From: Alphaproteobacteria bacterium
GTDB taxonomy: Bacteria > Pseudomonadota > Alphaproteobacteria > UBA8366 > JADFVY01
NCBI GenBank assembly: GCA_041584475.1
Contig: JBFHDX010000001.1
Coordinates: 820-64,819, forward strand
Length of the DNA stretch: 64,000 nt
Direction: 5' to 3'
Position 1 is the stretch's first letter; every line of letters begins with the position of its first letter. Positions 23,235 through 31,535 of this stretch are shown in pieces. A program made the position numbers and the translations under genes. Below the pieces are notes generated by a model that was given only the letters and a program-made list of their open reading frames with translations, was not told where the DNA came from and did not search any database.

Positions 23235-23660
23235 TTACCTCACCGGTTTCTTGATGAACGGGAAGATGTCGGTGACGCCGAGAATGTCCGTAATGATCAG
23301 GACCAGGAAAACGACGAGGAGAATGACGAGAATTGTACCCAGTGCGTCCTGTCCGGCCGGCAGCGTATCGATCCGGGCGGCGATCTGCTGAACTTCCGCG
23401 TCGGAGAGGCCATCGACGCGCGCGGCCGCTTCGTCTGGGTCGACACCCATCGATTCGATCTGGCGGCGGACGTCCTCGCGTGCAAGAAAGGCAGCGACAC
23501 GAGCGCGGTCGTTGTCGATTTCGGTGCGCGTTATGACCTGATCCGTGCCGACGAGCGCGGCCTGCGCGACTCCCATCGGCACGCAGAGTGCAAGCATGAG
23601 GACGACCATCGGGAAGGCGATCGTCCTTGCGTTCAAGCGAAGAAAATTCATGAAATTCAT
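23235..23660 (-). CDS. small signal-peptide protein with C-terminal TM segment (PA2779-family-like), paralogue 2
   Basis: The internal Met (M68) of ORF 23235..23861 is preceded by GAGGGGGA. The 141-aa product aligns with paralogue 1 over its whole length (LSDAEVQQIAARIDTLPAGQ then TM) and adds a tail TDILGVTDIFPFIKKPVR. Confidence 0.6.
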   Translation of the reverse strand: MNFMNFLRLNARTIAFPMVVLMLALCVPMGVAQAALVGTDQVITRTEIDNDRARVAAFLAREDVRRQIESMGVDPDEAAARVDGLSDAEVQQIAARIDTLPAGQDALGTILVILLVVFLVLIITDILGVTDIFPFIKKPVR

Positions 23661-23851
23661 GTCGGTGTCCCCCTCATGGACCTTTACGAACCTCGGCCCT
23701 TCCCCTCTCGCAGCCATCCCCGACGGCGCCGAGTTTAGCCTTGCAGGAGTACCGACGCAATGGCGACTCGGGTGACGTCGTCGGCCCAGCCCGATCATAC
23801 TTGCGTATCGGTCGAAAAAGCGGGTACCGCCGGCGATCGGTCCGACGGGAT

Positions 23852-23869
23852 TTGGCGCCATGGCGCCAA
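23852..23869 (-). terminator. 18-nt perfect GC-rich palindrome just downstream of metZ (possible U-tract-less terminator hairpin or protein site)
   Basis: TTGGCGCCATGGCGCCAA begins 13 nt after the metZ stop. It can fold as a 7-bp stem with a 4-nt loop, but no T-run follows it. Confidence 0.3.
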
Positions 23870-23882
23870 TCTGGCAGCGACT

Positions 23883-25070
23883 TCAGGAATCCAGTGCGCG
23901 CGAGAGATCCGCTTTCAGATCCTCGACATCCTCCAGCCCGACGGACAGACGCACGAGCCCGTCGCTGATCCCCATGCGCGCGCGCTCTTCCGGCGAGAGC
24001 CGCTGGTGCGTGGTCGTCGCCGGATGGGTGATCAGGCTCTTGGCGTCGCCAAGATTGTTGGAGATGTCGATGAGCTGCAGCGCATCGAGAACGCGAAAGG
24101 CCCGTTCCTTGCCGCCATTCAGCTCGAACGACACGAGATTGCCGCCCATCGTCATCTGGTTTCGGGCGAGCGCCACCTGCGGGTGACTGTCCAGATGAGG
24201 ATAGAGGACCCTCGTCACGCCGTCCCGGGTCTCGAGGAACCTGGCGACCGCCAGCGCATTCGCACAATGTCGTTCAACGCGAAGCTGCAGGGTTTCGAGG
24301 CCTTTCAGCAATATCCACGCATTGAACGGACTGAGCGACGGACCTGTGTGGCGCAGGAAGGTCTTCAACTCCCCGCCGATGAACTCCCTCGACCCGAGAA
24401 TGGCGCCGCCCAGCGCGCGTCCCTGGCCGTCGATGTGCTTGGTCGCCGAGTAAACGACGACGTCGGCGCCAAATGCCAACGGCTTCTGCAGCGCGGGCGT
24501 GGCGAACACGTTGTCGACGACGACGACCGCCCCGGCGCTCCGGGCCAATTCGCAGACCAGCGCGATGTCGATGATTTCGAGAGCCGGGTTCGACGGCGTC
24601 TCGAGGAATATCACCTTGGCAGGCTTTGCCAGCGCATCGCGCCATTGCGCGGCGTCGCCGCCATCGACGAAGTCCCTGTCGATGCCGTAGCGGGGCAGGA
24701 TGTCGTTGACGATGAAATGGCAGGATCCGAACAGCGCGCGCGAGGCGACGATCCGGTCCCCCGTGCGCAGCAGCGACATCAGCGACGCGAAGACCGCCGA
24801 CATGCCGCTGGCGGTCGCCATGCAGGCCTCCGCACCTTCGAGGAGCCGCAGCCGCTCCTCGAACATCGCCACCGTGGGATTGGCATAGCGCGAATAGATG
24901 AACCTCTCGGATTCGCCCTTGAACGCCGTTTCCGCCTCTTCCGCCGACTCGTAGACGTAGCCGGACGTCATGAAGATCGCTTCGGAGGTTTCCTGAAACC
25001 GGCTTCGTTCGAGCCCGCCGCGGACGAGTTCGGTCTGCGGTCGCCTGTCCTTTCGCCTGTCGTCTGTCAT
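23883..25070 (-). CDS. metZ: O-succinylhomoserine sulfhydrylase (PLP-dependent, Cys/Met metabolism family)
   Basis: RPQTELVRGGLERSRFQETSEAIFMTSGYVYESAEEAETAFKGE..RFIYSRYANPTV...YSATKHIDGQGR. The start is placed at MTDDRRKD (25070). Confidence 0.85.
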   Translation of the reverse strand: MTDDRRKDRRPQTELVRGGLERSRFQETSEAIFMTSGYVYESAEEAETAFKGESERFIYSRYANPTVAMFEERLRLLEGAEACMATASGMSAVFASLMSLLRTGDRIVASRALFGSCHFIVNDILPRYGIDRDFVDGGDAAQWRDALAKPAKVIFLETPSNPALEIIDIALVCELARSAGAVVVVDNVFATPALQKPLAFGADVVVYSATKHIDGQGRALGGAILGSREFIGGELKTFLRHTGPSLSPFNAWILLKGLETLQLRVERHCANALAVARFLETRDGVTRVLYPHLDSHPQVALARNQMTMGGNLVSFELNGGKERAFRVLDALQLIDISNNLGDAKSLITHPATTTHQRLSPEERARMGISDGLVRLSVGLEDVEDLKADLSRALDS

Positions 25071-25072
25071 CG

Positions 25073-25113
25073 TGCGCTGGATCCTCAAGCGAAGGATGCC
25101 GGGAAATCGCGCA
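25073..25113 (-). promoter_or_regulatory. structured metZ 5' leader that sequesters the SD (candidate SAM-responsive element; unverified)
   Basis: The RNA reads UGCGC-GAUUUCCCGGC-AUCCU-UCGCUUG-AGGAU-CCA-GCGCA-CG-AUG. An outer 5-bp stem encloses a 5-bp hairpin whose 3' arm is the GAGGA Shine-Dalgarno. The CGAUUU and GCUUG strings are reminiscent of SAM-II elements, which are common upstream of alphaproteobacterial metZ/metX. Confidence 0.3.
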
Positions 25114-25234
25114 GGGATAGGCCCAATGCCGCGATCTGTCAATCGCGGGGCAGGGAAGGGGCGGGGTTGCCAAGGCTCTCGCGGCATTCGACCATGCGTG
25201 GAAGGGCACTGCACCGCTTAGGGAGTTCGAGGCC

Positions 25235-26179
25235 ATGCTGACGATCGATGCCGCCGGCGTCCGCCGACTGACGGCAATGGGCGCGCTGGTCGAGGCCATC
25301 CGCGACATGTTCCAAAAGGACTGTGTGATGCCGGTTCGGCATCATCATACGGTGGCGGTCCCGGACCAGCCCGACGCGACGCTCCTGCTGATGCCGGCCT
25401 GGAGATCCGGCGAACATATCGGCGTCAAGCTGGTGACCGTCTTCCCGGGCAACGCCGAGCGTGGCCTCGCGGCCGTCAACGCCGCCTATCTGCTGTTCGA
25501 CGGGCGCAACGGCGGACCCATTGCCATGCTCGACGGCGGCGAGTTGACGGCGCGCCGCACGGCGGCCGCTTCGGCGCTCGCTGCGGATTACCTGGCGCGC
25601 CCCGATGCCGAAAATCTCCTCGTGGTCGCGACCGGTCGGCTCGCGCCACACCAGGTCGAGGCCTTTCAGGCGGTACGACCGATCCGTCGCATCGCTGTCT
25701 GGGGCCGCAATCCCGAGCGGGCGGCGGCCGTCGTCGAGGGGCTCCACGGAGACCGTCCGGACGCCCACGTGGCGCCGGACCTCGAAGCCGCCGTCGCCGA
25801 GGCCGATATCATTTCCTGCGCGACGCTCGCGACCGAACCGCTGATCCATGGCGCATGGCTTCGGCCCGGCACGCATCTCGACCTCATCGGCGGATTCACC
25901 CCCGCGATGCGCGAGTCCGATGACGAGGCGGTGCGCCGCGCCACCGTCTTCTGCGACACGCGCGAAGGGGCGACGGTCGAGGCGGGCGACCTGGTCCAAC
26001 CGTTGGCCAACGGCGTCATCACGATGGCCGACATCGTTGCCGACCTTTACGACCTGACGCGCGGCAAGCACCCCGGACGGACGTCGGACGAGGAAATCAC
26101 GCTGTTCAAATCGACCGGCGCCGCACTCGAGGACCTGGCCGCGGCCCTGCTCGTTTGCGAGAAGGCGCGCACCACGTGA
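25235..26179 (+). CDS. ornithine cyclodeaminase / mu-crystallin family protein
   Basis: The length (314 aa) fits, as do the pattern LTARRTAAASALAADYLA, VVATGRLAPHQVEAF and GGFTPAMRE.D. Confidence 0.8.
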   Translation: MLTIDAAGVRRLTAMGALVEAIRDMFQKDCVMPVRHHHTVAVPDQPDATLLLMPAWRSGEHIGVKLVTVFPGNAERGLAAVNAAYLLFDGRNGGPIAMLDGGELTARRTAAASALAADYLARPDAENLLVVATGRLAPHQVEAFQAVRPIRRIAVWGRNPERAAAVVEGLHGDRPDAHVAPDLEAAVAEADIISCATLATEPLIHGAWLRPGTHLDLIGGFTPAMRESDDEAVRRATVFCDTREGATVEAGDLVQPLANGVITMADIVADLYDLTRGKHPGRTSDEEITLFKSTGAALEDLAAALLVCEKARTT

Positions 26180-27504
26180 GCGGACCGGCCGGCGAAGGCT
26201 GGAATCGCCGGGTCTGGCAACTCGCGGGTCCGATCATTCTGTCCAACATTACGGTACCGCTGCTCGGCGCGGTGGACACGGCAGTCGTCGGCCACCTGCC
26301 GGATCCACGATTCATCGGCGGCGTGGCGATCGGCGCGCTGGTCTTCAGCTTCGTCTATTGGGGATTCGGCTTTCTGCGCATGGGAACCACAGGGCCGACG
26401 GCGCAGGCGTGGGGTGGCGGCGACGGCGCCGAACTGCGGGCGATTCTGGCCCGCGGCCTCCTCTTGGCGGGAATTCTTGCAGCCGTGCTGCTGTTGCTGC
26501 AGGCGCCGATCGGTGCCGTCGCGTTTACCCTGCTTCACGGCAGCGCTGCTGTGGAAGGGGAAGCGCAGGTCTATTACGCAATTCGCATTTGGGGAGCCCC
26601 GGCAGCGCTTGCGAACTACGTGCTGCTCGGCTGGTTTCTCGGTCTCCAGAACGCGCGCTGGCCGCTCGCGCTCCAGGTCTTTGCGAATGGACTCAATATC
26701 GTGCTCGATCTGTTGTTCGTCCTGCTTCTGGGCTGGGGTGTGGCCGGCGTAGCGGCGGCCACGGTTATCGCCGAATATTCGGCGCTCGGGCTCGGGCTGG
26801 TGCTCGCGCTTCACCGTTTGCGGCGGCTGTCGGGCGCTTTGGCCGGCCGGCAGGTTTTCGACGGGGGCAGGATCCGCAGGATGCTGGCGGTCAACCGCGA
26901 TATATTCGTCCGCACGCTCCTCTTGATTCTCTCCTTCGCGTGGTTCACTGACCGCAGCGCGAGCCTGGGCGACGTGACGCTCGCCGCGAACGCCGTCCTG
27001 ATGCATCTGGTCACCATCGCCGCTTACGGGCTCGACGGGTTCGCCCATGCTGCGGAGGCCCTGGTCGGCGATACGGTCGGACGCGGCGACCGCGATGGCC
27101 TTGCGGGAGCGGTGCGCGCCGGACTGCGCTGGTCGGTGGTCATCGCGGCCGCCTTTTCGATGGCCTACATTGCGGCCGGCGGTACCATCATCGATCTGTT
27201 GACCAATCTCCCCGAGGTACGCGCAGCCGCGCGCGAATTCCTGCCATGGGTCTGTCTAGCGCCAGTCGTCGGCGTCTGGTGCTACCTGTATGACGGCATT
27301 TTCCTCGGCGCGACCCGAACGGAAGAGCTGCGGAACGCCATGATCGTGTCGGCGACCGGATACGTGCTGCTCGTCGCCGTCCTGATGCGGGAATTCGAGA
27401 ATCACGGCCTGTGGGCGGCGCTGCTGTCGTTCTTCGTGCTCAGGGCGCTGGCGCTCGCGGCCTACTACCCTCGGCTGCTGCGCGGCGTCCGCGCTCAACG
27501 CTGA
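26155..27504 (+). CDS. MATE-family efflux transporter (DinF-like)
   Basis: WNRRVWQLAGPIILSNITVPLLGAVDTAVVGHL and 12 predicted hydrophobic segments. An alternative GTG start at 26176 overlaps the upstream stop (GTGA). Confidence 0.85.
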   Translation: MREGAHHVSGPAGEGWNRRVWQLAGPIILSNITVPLLGAVDTAVVGHLPDPRFIGGVAIGALVFSFVYWGFGFLRMGTTGPTAQAWGGGDGAELRAILARGLLLAGILAAVLLLLQAPIGAVAFTLLHGSAAVEGEAQVYYAIRIWGAPAALANYVLLGWFLGLQNARWPLALQVFANGLNIVLDLLFVLLLGWGVAGVAAATVIAEYSALGLGLVLALHRLRRLSGALAGRQVFDGGRIRRMLAVNRDIFVRTLLLILSFAWFTDRSASLGDVTLAANAVLMHLVTIAAYGLDGFAHAAEALVGDTVGRGDRDGLAGAVRAGLRWSVVIAAAFSMAYIAAGGTIIDLLTNLPEVRAAAREFLPWVCLAPVVGVWCYLYDGIFLGATRTEELRNAMIVSATGYVLLVAVLMREFENHGLWAALLSFFVLRALALAAYYPRLLRGVRAQR

Positions 27505-27531
27505 GCGCCTCGCGGGCTGCCTCTGACGTGT

Positions 27532-29025
27532 TCAGCTGCCGCCGGCCGCCGATGCGCGGAATTTTGCAAGGGTCGCCGGCGACTCGGTCCCACCTTCGCC
27601 CGGCTGCGATTCCTTGATCGGGGCGGGCAAACGGAGCGTAAAGGTGGTCCCGCTTCCCTGCGTGCTCTCGAGGTCGATCCGGCCGCCCATCAGCTCGGTC
27701 AGTTTGAGTGCGACCGCAAGTCCGAGGCCCGACCCGCCGTATTGGCGGGTCGTCGAGGCGTCCGCCTGCTCGAACGCGTCGAACACCTTCGTCTGTTTGT
27801 CGAACGGGATGCCGATGCCGTTGTCGCGGACGGTGAAGCGGATCCAGTCGCTGCCATCGAATTCCTTCTCGCGCGCCACCGACAGTTCGACCGAGCCGTC
27901 ATGGGTGAACTTGCCGGCATTGCTCAACAGATTGAACAGGATCTGCCTGAGCTTGGTGGCATCGATATAGAGGTGCCCGACATCGGCAACCTCGAAGCGG
28001 TAGGTATTGTTGTTCTTGCGGATCAGGGGCTGTACCGCTTCGGCGACCTCTTCCACCAATCCCTCGATGTCGACGAATTCGGGGTACAGTTCGAGGCGGC
28101 CGGTTTCGATGCGCGACAGGTCGAGCGTGTCGTTGATCATCGACAGCAAATGCGTGCCCGACGCCCGGATCCGTTCGAGGTCGCTGATTATGTCCTTGTA
28201 GCCGTGCTCCCGGGCGTCCTCGCACAACATTTCGCTGTAGCCGATCACCGCGTTCAAGGGTGTCCGCAATTCATGCGTCATGCGCGCCAGGAATTCGGAT
28301 TTCGCACGGTTGGCCGCTTCGGCCTCGATGCTGGCGTAACGGTACGCGCTCGACAGCCGAGCGGTCCTGCGCAGCTCGGCGACGAGCAGGAACACGATGG
28401 CGCCGCCGCCGGCCATGATGCCGATGAAGGAGAGGAACAGCTGGGTATAGAGGCGTTCCATCTCGAGCAGCGAAATCTCGTCCTTCAGGCGGATTTCGAA
28501 CCGGGTCAGGATATCGTGCAGGCGCGGGCCGAATTCCTCCAGTCTGCTGCGGATTGCTTCGTAGGTCTCGAGGTCGCCGCGCTTGAGCGTCATCACCGCG
28601 GGTTCGACTTCGCGCAATGCTTCCTGGATATCGCGCTCGACGAGGGGAAGCCAGTCGGTCGCCCGCAGACGCTCACCCTGAACGTCGGAAAGCGGCAGCG
28701 GGATACGGCTCCAGAGAATATCGAACCGGTCGACCAGGTCCTGATGGTCAACCCCCTGCTCACCGTGGGAATAGCGGGCCAAGACACGCATGAAACGGCG
28801 GAATTCCAGCTCGGCACCGAATGCCACCCAGGTACCCGTTTCCCGCGTTTCGTTGAGGACCGACTTGGTCTCGCCGAGTTTTTGCAGACTGACGACCATG
28901 CCGGCGGAAAAAGCGAGGATCGAAAGCACCGCCAGCGCATAAAGCGCGATACCATGCCGCCGCGTCTCGCGCGCCGTGGGAATGGGCGTGAGTGCCGCCC
29001 CGTCAGTTTCCTCTCGCCGTGCCAC
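27532..29025 (-). CDS. sensor histidine kinase (two TM segments, uncharacterised periplasmic sensor, HisKA+HATPase_c), copy 1
   Basis: The H-box is AKSEFLARMTHELRTPLNAVIGYSEML. The N box is LFNLLSNAGKFT and the G boxes are DNGIGIP / GGSGLGLAV. TM1 is IALYALAVLSILAFSAGMVVSL and TM2 is LFLSFIGIMAGGGAIVFLLV. There is no receiver domain. Confidence 0.85.
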   Translation of the reverse strand: MARREETDGAALTPIPTARETRRHGIALYALAVLSILAFSAGMVVSLQKLGETKSVLNETRETGTWVAFGAELEFRRFMRVLARYSHGEQGVDHQDLVDRFDILWSRIPLPLSDVQGERLRATDWLPLVERDIQEALREVEPAVMTLKRGDLETYEAIRSRLEEFGPRLHDILTRFEIRLKDEISLLEMERLYTQLFLSFIGIMAGGGAIVFLLVAELRRTARLSSAYRYASIEAEAANRAKSEFLARMTHELRTPLNAVIGYSEMLCEDAREHGYKDIISDLERIRASGTHLLSMINDTLDLSRIETGRLELYPEFVDIEGLVEEVAEAVQPLIRKNNNTYRFEVADVGHLYIDATKLRQILFNLLSNAGKFTHDGSVELSVAREKEFDGSDWIRFTVRDNGIGIPFDKQTKVFDAFEQADASTTRQYGGSGLGLAVALKLTELMGGRIDLESTQGSGTTFTLRLPAPIKESQPGEGGTESPATLAKFRASAAGGS

Positions 29026-29107
29026 GGTTTGCTAGCACGCCACCCTGTCGCCGCCGGCGAACGCGCTTGCTGGCGGCTGCAACGATGCGCGTGTCACTCC
29101 AACCATC

Positions 29108-29641
29108 TCACTCGATCTGGAGTTGGGTCAGCTGCCAAATCATCCGGTCGATCCGGAATCGCGCGGCCAGATCAACGTCATCGGGGTAGATCACCCAGAG
29201 TGGACCCTTGGTGCGGAGCGTCAGCTGCTCGCCATTGATAGCCATGGCGAGGAGCACGTCGTAACGCTCGAAATCGTCGATCGGTATCGCGACGGTGTAG
29301 TCGTTCGCCGCGACGGCGCTGACCGTCGTCCCTTTTGCCCCGGCAGCGCGAAGCACGTTGCGGACCAGCACACCCTCGAACACCGTGTTGTCCTCGTGCC
29401 ACGGGGTGCCCGTCTTGATCGATGTGTGGCCGAGCGCCTCGAGCATGCCCTCGTCGAAGTGGGCTTCGTTGCCGATGTTGGTGTTCTCGATCGCGCCTTT
29501 GACGACAAGCAGCACGCGACCCGTCGGTTTCGCGAGTTCACCTGCCGATACGTTGGCCAGAGGAAGAATGAACAGCCACGTTGCCGCCAGCAGCGCGGCG
29601 ACGCCAAAGGCTCCGATCGTCCATCGCGCGGTTGAATTCAT
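29108..29641 (-). CDS. small periplasmic protein resembling the short 'molybdopterin-dependent oxidoreductase'-like family, copy 1
   Basis: A signal peptide is followed by VLLVVKGAIENTN...FDEGMLEAL...TGTPWHEDNTVFEGVLVRNVL...VAANDYTVAIPIDDF..YDVLLAMAINGEQLTLRTKGPLWVIYP. The family call is from memory of similarly annotated about 170-aa proteins. The start is at the internal Met 29641. Confidence 0.55.
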   Translation of the reverse strand: MNSTARWTIGAFGVAALLAATWLFILPLANVSAGELAKPTGRVLLVVKGAIENTNIGNEAHFDEGMLEALGHTSIKTGTPWHEDNTVFEGVLVRNVLRAAGAKGTTVSAVAANDYTVAIPIDDFERYDVLLAMAINGEQLTLRTKGPLWVIYPDDVDLAARFRIDRMIWQLTQLQIE

Positions 29642-29964
29642 GACTCGGCACGCCGTCCTTACAAATTGGGACACCAACCATCTCCCCGAATGGGTACCGT
29701 GCAGACAACTGCAATCATTGCGAAAATGTTGCTTAACTAAAGAGTACGTCCGGTGAAGTTAACGAACGGTAATTTCTGGCAAAAAGTTTCGCCTGCAAGG
29801 GCCGACTTTTCAAGCGATTTCCGGTTCCCTGCCAGCTCCCTTACACCGCGGCGCGCCATACATACGATCGTAGCACGGAGCGCCGGCGCAGCGAAAACGG
29901 GCCGCCCATACCACCCCGGACGGCGAAATTCGGGCCGATCCTGAACCGTCGGCCCAGACAGAGG

Positions 29965-31521
29965 CTATGCGCCAACCTTGCGAGATTCCCGAAGTTCGAT
30001 GTCGTCCTCAATCGTGAACGCCGTGATATCGGCCGGGAGGCTGACGGAAAAGGTCGTGCCTTGCTTTGGCAGGCTCTCGAGCTCGATCGAGCCACCCATC
30101 AGCGTGCACAGCGAGTGCGCGACCGACAATCCCAGTCCCGAGCCGCCGTGGCTGCGTGTCGTTGAATCGTCGACCTGCACGAATGGCTGGAAAACCCGTT
30201 CCTGGTACTGCGCGGGGATGCCGAGGCCGGTATCGCCGACGCGAAACCGGATCCAGTCGACACCGCCATCCGATTCCCGGTCCATGTCGAGTCTGATCAC
30301 GCCGTCCTGCGTGAACTTGGCCGCATTGCTCAGTAGATTGAACAGGATCTGCCGGAGCTTGGTCGGATCGGTGTAAGCGGTCCCGACGTCGCCGATCGCC
30401 GTTTCGAGTTTGTTGCGGTTCTTCCGGATCAGTGGGCGCACGGCCTCGACCACTTCCCGCGCGAGCTGATTTACCTCCACCGATTCCGGATGCAGTTCGA
30501 TGCGGCCGGTTTCGATCTTGGCAAGGTCCAGCGTGTCGTTGATCATCGCCAACAGGTGGTTGCCCGCGGTTCGAATCCGTTCGAGGTCCTCCAACATGTC
30601 CCGGTAGCCGCGATCGGCAGCGTCCTCCTGCAGCAGTTCGCTGTAGCCGATGACCGCGTTGAGCGGCGTGCGCAGCTCGTGCGTCATGCGTGCGAGGAAC
30701 TCCGACTTCGCGCGGTTGGCGGCTTCCGCCTCGAAACTCGCGCGTTTGTGGGCCTCCGACAGCCTGACAATTCTGCGCAACTGGCTGAACAACAGGAAGA
30801 TGATTCCGCCACCGCCGACGAGCACCCCCATGAAGGACAGGAATACCTGCCGATAGGCCGATTCCACGATCTCCTGCTGAAAATTCTGCTTCAGGTCGAT
30901 CTCGACGGTAACGAGCAGATCGCGGAGGCGCTCGCCGAACGGATCCATGACGACACGAACGCGCCGATACGCCTCACGGTCACCGAACTGCATGGTTTCT
31001 ATGTCGCGCTCGATTGTTGTCAGCGCGGTCGTCAGGTCGTGCTCCAGATCCCAGGACTTGTCGGCCTTCCTCAGGCGCTCGGCATCCTTTCCCGACACGA
31101 GCAGCGGAATGCGGCTCCAGAGGATGTCGAAGCGCCGTTGAAGTTCACTTCGCGTAACGCCGTCCTCACCCAGCCCGTAGCGCGCCAGCGTCGTCATGAA
31201 CCGCCGATACTCCAGCTCGGCATTGAACGCGACCCAGCTTCCGGTCGCTCGACTGGCGTAGAGCGCCGCACGGCTGTCGCTCAAGCGATCGAGGCTGAGC
31301 AGCAGCGCACTGGAGAATACGATGACGGCAAGCACGGCGAGCGCGTAAAGGCTGACGCCGGCCCGCCATCTGAATTTCGGTACCGATTGCCTGACCAGTC
31401 TTGTCGCCGTGCCGCCGCCGGACCCAGCGTCGCCCTGCGACGCGCCCACTCGCGCCGCTTCGCTGTCGCGCGTGCGTCCGACAAACAGACTGGTCTGTTC
31501 CGCCGCCTCTTCCTTAGCCAT
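29965..31521 (-). CDS. sensor histidine kinase, copy 2 (paralogue of 27532..29025)
   Basis: It has the same architecture and a near-identical H-box (AKSEFLARMTHELRTPLNAVIGYSELL). By eye it is roughly 60% identical to copy 1 across the sensor and kinase parts. Confidence 0.85.
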   Translation of the reverse strand: MAKEEAAEQTSLFVGRTRDSEAARVGASQGDAGSGGGTATRLVRQSVPKFRWRAGVSLYALAVLAVIVFSSALLLSLDRLSDSRAALYASRATGSWVAFNAELEYRRFMTTLARYGLGEDGVTRSELQRRFDILWSRIPLLVSGKDAERLRKADKSWDLEHDLTTALTTIERDIETMQFGDREAYRRVRVVMDPFGERLRDLLVTVEIDLKQNFQQEIVESAYRQVFLSFMGVLVGGGGIIFLLFSQLRRIVRLSEAHKRASFEAEAANRAKSEFLARMTHELRTPLNAVIGYSELLQEDAADRGYRDMLEDLERIRTAGNHLLAMINDTLDLAKIETGRIELHPESVEVNQLAREVVEAVRPLIRKNRNKLETAIGDVGTAYTDPTKLRQILFNLLSNAAKFTQDGVIRLDMDRESDGGVDWIRFRVGDTGLGIPAQYQERVFQPFVQVDDSTTRSHGGSGLGLSVAHSLCTLMGGSIELESLPKQGTTFSVSLPADITAFTIEDDIELRESRKVGA

Positions 31522-31535
31522 GATCCGATTATCAG

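Noticed and set aside
29760-29790. Possible EcfG/general-stress-type promoter (GAAAC-N17-CGTT on the minus strand) upstream of the first periplasmic-protein/HK operon. CtrA-like TTAA-N7-TAAx strings near both copies of the 14-mer were also noted.
   Set aside because: Each deviates from consensus at a core position (GAAAC instead of GGAAC; TAAT/TAAA instead of TTAAC). Such partial matches are expected by chance in AT-rich intergenic DNA.
29753-29944. 63-aa ORF in the 323-nt gap between the two kinase modules. ORF 47712..47990 in the gap upstream of the response regulator was also noted.
   Set aside because: There is no RBS, and the composition is basic, low-complexity and shadow-like. The ORF overlaps the likely terminator and promoter regions of the flanking operons.
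30568-30578. GGTTCGAATCC, a tRNA T-arm-like string.
   Set aside because: It lies inside the well-supported histidine kinase CDS (29965..31521). No acceptor or anticodon stem complementarity is visible around it.
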